A stretch of DNA of 64,000 bases, taken from assembly GCA_017394865.1 (NCBI GenBank), contig JAFPWT010000015.1, forward strand, positions 61,779 to 125,778. Reading direction: 5' to 3'. The DNA comes from Bacteroidales bacterium. Its GTDB lineage: Bacteria > Bacteroidota > Bacteroidia > Bacteroidales > F082. The notes below the pieces were generated by a model. The model did no database searches. It saw only the letters and a program-made list of their open reading frames with translations, and had not been told where the DNA came from. The position numbers and the translations under genes were made by a program. Each line of letters begins with the position of its first letter. The stretch's first letter is position 1. Shown here piece by piece: positions 29,132-38,168 of this stretch.

Positions 29132-30214
29132 TTACTTTCCACTTTTTCGGCGGTTACACTCGCGACAAAGCATCTGGCAGTTTTCAGCAATGGTGCGTCC
29201 ACCGTCACGCCATGGGGTGATGTGGTCAGCTTCCATCTGTTCGATTTCGAAATGATGCCCACATAAGACACAGATACCGTTTTGTCGCTCATAGACCTCA
29301 CGTTTCATATTGTCATCGAAAGCGCGGATGTCAAGGTGGTGCTCATCATGGTCAAAAACATAGGTATAGATGCCTTTCTTTTTCTGGACATCACTATCTG
29401 CCATCAGTCGCTTCACTTCGGCTTCCAAAGTAACGGCGTCCCAGTTGCCTTTGTGGTATTTGGCATAAAGCGTTCCCCAATCTACGCCTTTCATCTCTCT
29501 ACGATAATTCGGGAACACGGCTTTCACCCAATTAATGATGCTGCTGAAATGGTTCCATAGCGCCACCGCATTCGGATCATGTTGATGGTTGCCCATATAG
29601 ACTTCGATATTGCCATTCGAGACCCATCGGATAGCAGTTTCAAGATAGGCTTGGCGGTTCACTTCTCCTGAGACATATTTGCTGGCCAAGCCGTATGCAG
29701 CGCAGTTGTTCTTACTGAAATACCGTTTGGCGTCGCTCACCCACGAGCCAGCATACACAGCATTGCGCAGTTCCTGCTCGGTGAGTTCCTTGCCCGCGAT
29801 GTTGATGGTCTTGAACCACTTGAGTTTCTCGCTATCGGAGCCGCTACAGATATACACTTGCAAGGGGTAGTTGAGAATCTGCTCCTGCTCGTCGGGCTGT
29901 AGGTTGTGGAAATAGCGGAAGTTGTAGGCAAAGTCACCATTGACGTACTGACAGATGCTAATGGTGCGCTGCTGTCCGTCGATGATCTCAAACGTGCCGT
30001 CTTCACGTACCGCCCAGTACATCACGTTGAGCGGGAAGCCGTTGGTAAGCGTATCGATGACAGCATCACGTTCTTTTTCGCCATAGACGAATTCACGTTG
30101 GTACGGTGGGCGCACATCGAGTAGGCCGCCATAGGCCCGTACGCCGTTTTCATTGTTGTCCTCATAGCCTTGGGTTAGCTCGCGGACGGTGATTTTGTGG
30201 AGTTCGATGTTCAT
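29132..30214 (-). CDS. DUF262 (ParB-like, DGQQR) domain fused to a C-terminal HNH nuclease
   Basis: The N-terminus has RPPYQREFVY and IIDGQQR motifs. The C-terminus has CVLCGHHFEIEQMEADHITPW...NCQMLCRECNRRK (CxxC...H...N...CxxC HNH). It starts 18 nt downstream of the methyltransferase stop, on the same strand. Confidence 0.8.
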   Translation of the reverse strand: MNIELHKITVRELTQGYEDNNENGVRAYGGLLDVRPPYQREFVYGEKERDAVIDTLTNGFPLNVMYWAVREDGTFEIIDGQQRTISICQYVNGDFAYNFRYFHNLQPDEQEQILNYPLQVYICSGSDSEKLKWFKTINIAGKELTEQELRNAVYAGSWVSDAKRYFSKNNCAAYGLASKYVSGEVNRQAYLETAIRWVSNGNIEVYMGNHQHDPNAVALWNHFSSIINWVKAVFPNYRREMKGVDWGTLYAKYHKGNWDAVTLEAEVKRLMADSDVQKKKGIYTYVFDHDEHHLDIRAFDDNMKREVYERQNGICVLCGHHFEIEQMEADHITPWRDGGRTIAENCQMLCRECNRRKSGK

Positions 30215-30232
30215 TGGTATCTCAGTTTAGTA

Positions 30233-31405
30233 TTATTCAGCCGCCATAGGAAGCGAGTGCTCGCCTTGCTCGTATATTGCTATTTGATGGGGTTCGGCCT
30301 GTCGGCGACGGATGAAAATTCGGGAATATGGTTTTTTAGGTACACCCTCTTTTGTCAAAACTATGCTTCTCATATTAGCAGTATAGTGACCTGTACCCCC
30401 ATTCTTTCTGTACCTAAACATCCAATCTTCTCCAATTCGGCCAATATTCAGCTCATCAGCATATTCTGGGATGCCATCAGCTCCTAAAATCTCAAACTGA
30501 GCAGGATTGTATTGGTCCAACAATGTGTCTGGAACCCCCATTATACCAAAATAATCACAAGGAATATCGGCCACTCTTTCGACATCAATCGCATCAAGGT
30601 TCTCGTATTTTGGATAATCTATTTCATTGTAGGTTTTATATAGTATTAGGTCTTCATGCCTTTTCTTAATATCAAGATTTGTAATCCAACCTATCGATGG
30701 GACTTTACCATATTTAACACCATCAATTATCTCATCCCATTTTTCGTAATAATCTGGCATAGCAAATCTTACTGTTTTGTTAGAATTATACCCTAACCAC
30801 AACTCATTGTTTTTTATCAAAGGGAAAATTTCAGTGTAATGAACAATGTTATGATTACACATTACCAAAAACTTCTTTCCATGTCTATGAAGAAACAAGA
30901 TGTATTCATTCAACTGTGAAAAAGGAGGATTGGTGACAACTATATCTGCTTCATTTAACAGCTCTTCACACTCTTTTGACTTATAATCCCCATTACCTTC
31001 AAGCATTGAAAGAACATTTTTGTCGTTCTTTATCAAATACTCTACATCAGCAAGATTAATGGCTCCATCATTATTAACATCAGTAACCTCGGTGATTTCA
31101 ATCTTATATGCCTTCTTTCCTATCTCAGGCAATATTCCTTCGGCAAAAATGTCCAACTGACGACCAGCAACAGGGGATGGATCATAGCATGTTGCAATTA
31201 GTTTCTTCAATCCTAAATAGTTAAAATTTGCAGCAAAATATTTGAAGAAGTTGCTTTCATATGGATCGTCACAATTACAAAAAACTATTTTCCCTTTGAA
31301 ATGATGTTTGTAATGCACCAGTTCATTCTCAATATCAACCAATTGTGTATAGAACTCATCCTTTTTTGCCTTTTTGGCATTTGCAAGTGTTTTGTTATTT
31401 GCCAT
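30233..31405 (-). CDS. N6-adenine DNA methyltransferase, M.EcoRI family
   Basis: DEFYTQ, FCNCDDP, NFFKYFAANF, LGLKKLIATCY and VVTNPPFS motifs run colinear with M.EcoRI as I recall it. I chose the ATG at 31405 (the track start at 31435 is TTG). The gene body is AT-rich. Confidence 0.85.
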   Translation of the reverse strand: MANNKTLANAKKAKKDEFYTQLVDIENELVHYKHHFKGKIVFCNCDDPYESNFFKYFAANFNYLGLKKLIATCYDPSPVAGRQLDIFAEGILPEIGKKAYKIEITEVTDVNNDGAINLADVEYLIKNDKNVLSMLEGNGDYKSKECEELLNEADIVVTNPPFSQLNEYILFLHRHGKKFLVMCNHNIVHYTEIFPLIKNNELWLGYNSNKTVRFAMPDYYEKWDEIIDGVKYGKVPSIGWITNLDIKKRHEDLILYKTYNEIDYPKYENLDAIDVERVADIPCDYFGIMGVPDTLLDQYNPAQFEILGADGIPEYADELNIGRIGEDWMFRYRKNGGTGHYTANMRSIVLTKEGVPKKPYSRIFIRRRQAEPHQIAIYEQGEHSLPMAAE

Positions 31406-31600
31406 CGAGATTGATAGTTTCCGCAACGCTATCAATCACTTAATCGGATAAAAGAAAGGTGTGGACCTTTCTATCGCATTCACGAGGAGCGTCGGTTCAA
31501 CCCCGTTACCACTTATAGTCCAGCCCACACCAGAACGGCGTGAGCATTAACTCTATCAAGTGGTAAAGGAAGCCCGTGCTCCCAATTAATGCTTTTATTC
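31406..31600 (-). promoter_or_regulatory. candidate structured 5' leader of the methyltransferase gene (alternative helices, terminator-like hairpin, start-proximal hairpin)
   Basis: No ORF longer than 13 codons is present. I found five helices of 8-9 bp by hand (coordinates are in the findings). The 5' boundary is a guess, based on a near-match -7 box TTGATTTG at 31616-31609. Confidence 0.35.
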
Positions 31601-31734
31601 GATATTATCAAATCAATAGTTTCCGACGCTTTTGTTTTGAATGCGAATAATAGCTAATGCTTTGTTTTATAATATGTTAATTAATTCTCTTTCTTTTCTT
31701 TATAGTCTATTTGTTTGATTCACAATCAAGTTCA

Positions 31735-31872
31735 CTAATGTATTGTTCTATAAAAACACATTTTATCTGCTTCAATCTGTTCAAAGGTCTTCCTATCGGC
31801 AAATTCGATGATATTGTCGATACACTCAAGGATATGGAGCAGTCGCGCCGTGTCTCTAACTTGCTCTCTCAT
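31735..31872 (-). pseudogene. truncated HEPN (DUF86) toxin remnant
   Basis: A 45-codon ORF (MREQVRDTARLLHILECIDNIIEFADRKTFEQIEADKMCFYRTIH*) overlaps the MNT 3' end by 17 nt. It matches only the N-terminal third of DUF86 proteins and lacks the C-terminal Rx4-6H region. Confidence 0.6.
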
Positions 31873-32167
31873 AGATCAAAACCTTGTCTTTTTCAGCGGA
31901 TTCCCTGACAAAAGGCAGCAAGGTGCCGTCAGTAATCAGATCGACTTTTTTACCTAATAGCTCTTCCAAATCCAAGGCAATGCCAATGTGTTTCAACAAA
32001 CTAACACCTTTACCAGTCTCTTGGTCAAAAACCACGAGAATATCCACATCGCTGTCAGGATGCTGCTCACCTCGGGCATACGAACCAAACAGCCAAGCCT
32101 TCAACACCGGTTGGGTCTTGAAATACTCAGCTATCTGCTGAATCATCATCAGAGTTTGTTTGCTCAT
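31856..32167 (-). CDS. MNT-type nucleotidyltransferase (antitoxin of HEPN/MNT pairs)
   Basis: LFGSYARGE....DSDVDILV motif; 103 aa. Confidence 0.85.
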   Translation of the reverse strand: MSKQTLMMIQQIAEYFKTQPVLKAWLFGSYARGEQHPDSDVDILVVFDQETGKGVSLLKHIGIALDLEELLGKKVDLITDGTLLPFVRESAEKDKVLIYERAS

Positions 32168-32196
32168 GGCGATCAGTTGTCAAATCATTGATAGTG

Positions 32197-32204
32197 CAAA
32201 GATA
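32197..32204 (-). promoter_or_regulatory. -7 promoter box (TATCTTTG on the minus strand)
   Basis: CAAAGATA on the plus strand, 30 nt upstream of the MNT start. It is back-to-back with 32217-32224. Confidence 0.45.
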
Positions 32205-32216
32205 AGCATTTTTTTC

Positions 32217-32224
32217 TATCTTTG
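32217..32224 (+). promoter_or_regulatory. -7 promoter box (TATCTTTG)
   Basis: TAnnTTTG match 18 nt upstream of the ATG at 32242. Confidence 0.5.
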
Positions 32225-32241
32225 CACAAAATCCTTTGACT

Positions 32242-34368
<2,127 letters not shown>

Positions 34369-34373
34369 GCATC

Positions 34374-34389
34374 GTGCCTCGAGAGGCAC
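34374..34389. terminator. short hairpin between convergent genes
   Basis: GTGCCT-CGAG-AGGCAC, followed a few nt later by a T-rich run (TTATTTTTT). The stem is weak. Confidence 0.35.
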
Positions 34390-34395
34390 CCTATC

Positions 34396-35577
34396 TTATT
34401 TTTTCTGGAACCAGTTCTTAAACGGATTGAAATCCTCGTAGACTTCGTACCTCACACCATTTTCGGTATAGGAGCGCGAAGGCACCACCTTACTCATCAG
34501 CATCAACGCAACGGTACTGCCGCCGAAGGTGATGAGCATCTCCCAGAAGACATTGACAAAGCCCATGATGAGCAGAACCAATGCGGAAATCAAACCGATG
34601 CCGTAAATGACCACAAACAGCGTGAAGGCAATGCCAGCGCCTTTGCCAAGAGCCTTGCTGTTGACCACGGCCGTGCTGACGATAGCCACCACAACAGCGA
34701 CAACCAGCAGAATAGCTCCGATGGTCAGAATCAGATTGGCTTGTCTGGGCACGATCATGGCTACAATCACGCTGACACCCAGCAGAATCACGCCAACCAA
34801 AGCCCCGATCATGGGACGTTTGACAAGTACCTTCTTCTCAGGATCGTGCATATACCCCACAATACCGTTTTTATAGAGCCTCATGCTGAAGATTTGCATG
34901 ATGACAGCCACAGCGAAGAGCATTAAACGAAGAATGACGATGACTTTACGGATCACATCCGTGTCAAGCCACCACAGGATATCGCTCCCCATCTTGATCA
35001 CACCGATCATCTCCAGCGCAATGGCCGAAAGCAGGAAGGCTGGCACCAGAATGGTGGGAATCAGCCTAGGACCATTCTTTCCTTTGATGAGCAGGGCAAA
35101 GACCGTAGCCGCCAACAGCAACAGAAAAATAAGAATGAAGGGGAAAAGCGTGCTGTAAAAGCGTCCCAAAACCGTGTGATAACTATTTTCCTTATTAATG
35201 AAATCCTTTCCTGTCTTGTCGTTCGAACTCAAAACCAAGTCTTTCGCATCCACATAATACTTGATTCCATTATAAGTGACCGCAGCCACATCTCCGGAAT
35301 ATGTTTTTTTCTCATTGGAGAACGTCTTCGTCCTTAGTGACTTGAAGTTGGCACGAACAAGCACCGTGTCGGCCTGTGCAATTGTGACCTCCGTACCGTT
35401 CTTCAGCGAACCGACAGGATCGCCAAGATCCACCCTGCCATCACTTGCGACATAGGCGTAAAGAGCCGTAGTGTCCTTGGTCAAGGCATCCACCTTAAAA
35501 GTGTACTGCGCCGAAGCTCTGTCTGCCACCGAAAAGAACAACAGAACCAACATGAGGATTTTTGTAATATTCTTCAT
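34396..35577 (-). CDS. hypothetical polytopic membrane protein with an N-terminal secreted domain
   Basis: Signal peptide, a soluble domain of about 130 aa, then about 8 hydrophobic segments. Confidence 0.5.
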   Translation of the reverse strand: MKNITKILMLVLLFFSVADRASAQYTFKVDALTKDTTALYAYVASDGRVDLGDPVGSLKNGTEVTIAQADTVLVRANFKSLRTKTFSNEKKTYSGDVAAVTYNGIKYYVDAKDLVLSSNDKTGKDFINKENSYHTVLGRFYSTLFPFILIFLLLLAATVFALLIKGKNGPRLIPTILVPAFLLSAIALEMIGVIKMGSDILWWLDTDVIRKVIVILRLMLFAVAVIMQIFSMRLYKNGIVGYMHDPEKKVLVKRPMIGALVGVILLGVSVIVAMIVPRQANLILTIGAILLVVAVVVAIVSTAVVNSKALGKGAGIAFTLFVVIYGIGLISALVLLIMGFVNVFWEMLITFGGSTVALMLMSKVVPSRSYTENGVRYEVYEDFNPFKNWFQKK

Positions 35578-35604
35578 AGTTATATAGTATTAAATTAATT
35601 AATA

Positions 35605-38076
35605 TTATTCTTGATAATACACTCTTTTTACCCGTTGTGAGATGCGGGTCATCACCTCATAAGGGATGGTCTGACAGGCTCGGGCGATATTGTTGATGCT
35701 GTGCTCAGCATCGAAGACAACCACTGTGTCGCCTTCCTCTGCATCAACACCAGTAAGGTCGAGCATGCACATATCCATGCAGATATCGCCGATAATAGGC
35801 ACCTGACGTCCGTTGATGTAGAACTTGCCATTGCCGTTGCCCAACAGTCGTGAAAGGCCGTCGGCATAACCGATGGGCACGATGCCGATACGCATATCGT
35901 GATTGGCCCTGCCGTGACGGTTATAGCCAATGCTATCACCTGCTGGAATCTCCTTGATCTGGTTGATGGTGGTCTTAAGCGACACCACAGTCTCTAGGAC
36001 GCCCTCATCGGCCAAACAGGTAGGCACTCCGTAAAGTCCGATGCCCAAACGCACCATGTCGAACTGGTACTGCGTGAAACGGGTGATACCCGCCGTATTC
36101 AGAATATGGCGCAACACTTTATGTGGGAAAGCATCGACAATCATCTGGCTGCCTTCCTCAAACACATGAATCTGGCTCATCGTGAACTCATCTTCCTCGG
36201 GGTTGTCGGCCGTGGCCAGATGCGAGAACACGCTCTGCACATGGATCAAAGGATTGCCCTGGATGCGACGAATCAACTCTGGCAACTCTTTGAGTGAGAA
36301 GCCCAGACGATGCATACCCGTATCAAGCTTTATGTGGACGTTCAGCGGTGCCGTGACGCCAGTAGCTTCCAATGCTTTTTCGATGAAACCGAGGTTGCGG
36401 AAACTAAACACCTCCGGTTCCAGATGATATTTGATGATGTTGTCGTAGCTGTTCACCTCGGGACTCATCACCATGATAGGCAGGTTAATGCCCGCACGGC
36501 GCAGTTCCACACCCTCGTCGGCAAACGCCACGGTAAGATAGTCGGCACGGTGGAACTGGAGAATGTTTGACACCTCATAGTTGCCACTGCCGTAGCCGAA
36601 CGCCTTCACCATGACCATGATCTTGGTCTCCGGCTTGATGAGCGAACGGTAGTGATTGAAGTTGTTGACCAGATGGTTGAAGTTGATCTCCAACACGGTC
36701 TCGTGTGCCTTCTCCTGCAGTTCCATGCTGATCTGCTCGAAAGCGAAGGCGCGTGCACCTTTCAGCAAGATGGTCTGGTTGCGGAACTGCGAAAACGGAA
36801 AATGTTGAATGAAGTCGCCAACATCGTTGAAGAAGCGACTCTCCAGCTTGAATTGCCGCGACTGGCGGCTGATAGCGGGGCCTATGCCGATGAGCTGGCT
36901 AACCCCCTTCTCCTCGATCAATTGGGCGATGTAGCCATATAACTCCTCATCGTCGCGACCGCTTTGCAAGATATCGGAAAGCACCAGCACCTTCTCGCGA
37001 TGCTGCTGCTGTTGGTTCATCACGTCGAGGGCGATAGCCAGCGAGTTGACATCGGAGTTGTAATAGTCGTTGATGACCGTGCAGTTGTTGATGCCCGCTT
37101 TGATCTCGAGTCGCATGGCGATGGAGGTCAGTCCCATGAGGCGTTCAGAGAGCGTCGTCACATCCATCTTCAGCAGAAGGCAGACGGCGATACAGTGGAT
37201 GGCATTCTCGATGGAGGCATCGTCGTTGAAGGGGATGGTGAAATGCAGTGTCTCACCTTGATACTCAAGATCCAGTGCGGATTCCTTTTCCTTTTTCTCG
37301 ACGGCAGCAACGTACATTGCCGCCTCTTTGAACTTACGACTCCAAGGCATCAACTTCACCTTCTTGTCGAGTCCCGCGCGGAGGATCACCTGTTGGATGT
37401 CGTAATAGTCCATGCAGTAAACCAGGGTCTCCACCTGGGTGAACAGGTTGAGTTTCTCCCCTGCCTTCTGCATGAAGTTGATGAAGTTTTCTTCGTGAGC
37501 CTGACCGATGTTAGTAAACACACCGATGGTAGGCTTGATAATTTTCTGCAGGGGCGCCATCTCGTTTGCCTTGGAGATGCCTGCCTCGAAGATGGCCAGC
37601 TGGTGGCCTTCGTTCATCTGCCACACCGAGAGCGGCACACCCACCTGCGAGTTGAAACTCTTGGGGCTACGTACTGTGTTATAATCTGGCCCCAGAAGCT
37701 GGGCCAGCCATTCTTTGACGATGGTTTTGCCGTTACTTCCGGTGATGCCGATGACGGGGATGTTGAACTGTTCCCTATGGTGGGCGGCGAGCTTCTGCAT
37801 GGCTTTCAGCGTGTCGTCGACGACAATGAAAGCGGCATCGGGGTAATCTTCGAGATTGGGCGTGCGGCTGACCACAAAAGCACGGACACCTTTCTCATAT
37901 AGCTCGCCGATATAGCGATGCCCATCGTTTCTGTCACTCACCAAGGCGAAGAACAGCGCCTGCGACGGTGACAGCAGCTGACGGCTGTCGATGAGGAGGT
38001 CTTGGACCATACGATCCCCGTCCGTCCCCATCAGACGGCCGCCAACAATTTCCGATATTTGATTAATACGTTCCAT
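35605..38076 (-). CDS. bifunctional UDP-MurNAc-pentapeptide synthetase (MurF) / alanine racemase (Alr)
   Basis: The N-terminal half has the GITGSNGKT Mur-ligase P-loop. The C-terminal half has MVMVKAFGYGSG (PLP lysine motif) and a racemase C-terminus. 823 aa. Confidence 0.88.
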   Translation of the reverse strand: MERINQISEIVGGRLMGTDGDRMVQDLLIDSRQLLSPSQALFFALVSDRNDGHRYIGELYEKGVRAFVVSRTPNLEDYPDAAFIVVDDTLKAMQKLAAHHREQFNIPVIGITGSNGKTIVKEWLAQLLGPDYNTVRSPKSFNSQVGVPLSVWQMNEGHQLAIFEAGISKANEMAPLQKIIKPTIGVFTNIGQAHEENFINFMQKAGEKLNLFTQVETLVYCMDYYDIQQVILRAGLDKKVKLMPWSRKFKEAAMYVAAVEKKEKESALDLEYQGETLHFTIPFNDDASIENAIHCIAVCLLLKMDVTTLSERLMGLTSIAMRLEIKAGINNCTVINDYYNSDVNSLAIALDVMNQQQQHREKVLVLSDILQSGRDDEELYGYIAQLIEEKGVSQLIGIGPAISRQSRQFKLESRFFNDVGDFIQHFPFSQFRNQTILLKGARAFAFEQISMELQEKAHETVLEINFNHLVNNFNHYRSLIKPETKIMVMVKAFGYGSGNYEVSNILQFHRADYLTVAFADEGVELRRAGINLPIMVMSPEVNSYDNIIKYHLEPEVFSFRNLGFIEKALEATGVTAPLNVHIKLDTGMHRLGFSLKELPELIRRIQGNPLIHVQSVFSHLATADNPEEDEFTMSQIHVFEEGSQMIVDAFPHKVLRHILNTAGITRFTQYQFDMVRLGIGLYGVPTCLADEGVLETVVSLKTTINQIKEIPAGDSIGYNRHGRANHDMRIGIVPIGYADGLSRLLGNGNGKFYINGRQVPIIGDICMDMCMLDLTGVDAEEGDTVVVFDAEHSINNIARACQTIPYEVMTRISQRVKRVYYQE

Positions 38077-38087
38077 TCGTCACGGAT

Positions 38088-38105
38088 CCCAGGGCGTGCC
38101 CTGGG
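38088..38105. other. GC-rich 18-nt palindromic hairpin (CCCAGGGC-GT-GCCCTGGG)
   Basis: Read directly. It lies 12 nt upstream of the murF-alr ATG and has no U-tract. Confidence 0.6.
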
Positions 38106-38133
38106 CTAGGTTAAGGTTGCCCCTACGGGACAC

Positions 38134-38168
38134 CTTCTTACTTCTTACTTCTTACTTCTTACTTCTGA
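38134..38168 (-). repeat. heptamer tandem array (minus strand: TCAGAAG then TAAGAAG x4)
   Basis: The plus strand reads CTTCTTA x4 perfect plus CTTCTGA. The first TAA is the ackA stop. TAA codons fall in all three frames. Confidence 0.9.

Noticed and set aside
29132-31405. GAATTC avoidance as evidence that the module is an active EcoRI-isospecific R-M system.
   Set aside because: GAATTC occurs at roughly the frequency expected by chance. I noticed more than ten sites across the window, including one inside the nuclease gene. No avoidance signal is visible, so specificity cannot be inferred from this window.
31490-31516. GTCGGTTCAACCCCGTTACCACTTA looked like a tRNA T-arm and acceptor remnant, that is, a possible att site of an integrated island.
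   Set aside because: The putative T-stem pairs at only 3 of 5 positions. There is no matching 5' acceptor strand about 65 nt upstream. I found no second copy at the other end of the AT-rich block.
31484-31545. Plus-strand GAGGAGCG ... AACGGCG(U)GAGC resembles what I recall of the SAH-riboswitch core.
   Set aside because: The orientation faces no plus-strand gene. The next plus-strand gene, a hexosaminidase with its own promoter, is 700 nt away. The 3' element is imperfect and the pairing I could draw is only 5-6 bp. My memory of the consensus is not exact, so only a cmscan against RF01057 could settle it.
31537-31578. A 13-codon ORF (MLTPFWCGLDYKW*) in the methyltransferase leader as a possible attenuation leader peptide.
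   Set aside because: It has no start context and no run of regulatory codons, apart from two Trp codons. It overlaps the proposed helices and is too short to evaluate without conservation data.
28240-31740. Whether this lower-GC stretch is a mobile genetic element.
   Set aside because: The window has no integrase, transposase, recombinase or conjugation gene. I found no flanking direct or inverted repeats, and GC is heterogeneous inside the stretch. I describe it only as compositionally mosaic and probably horizontally acquired.
31711-31908. A 65-aa plus-strand ORF.
   Set aside because: It is antisense to the HEPN remnant and the MNT 3' end. It has no promoter box or recognisable motif.
38134-38168. 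Whether the heptamer arrays are CRISPR-like or otherwise spacer-containing repeats.
   Set aside because: The units are 7 nt and directly abutting, with no spacers. The arrays are only 28-35 nt long, and there are no cas genes. They are simple microsatellite-type tandem repeats.
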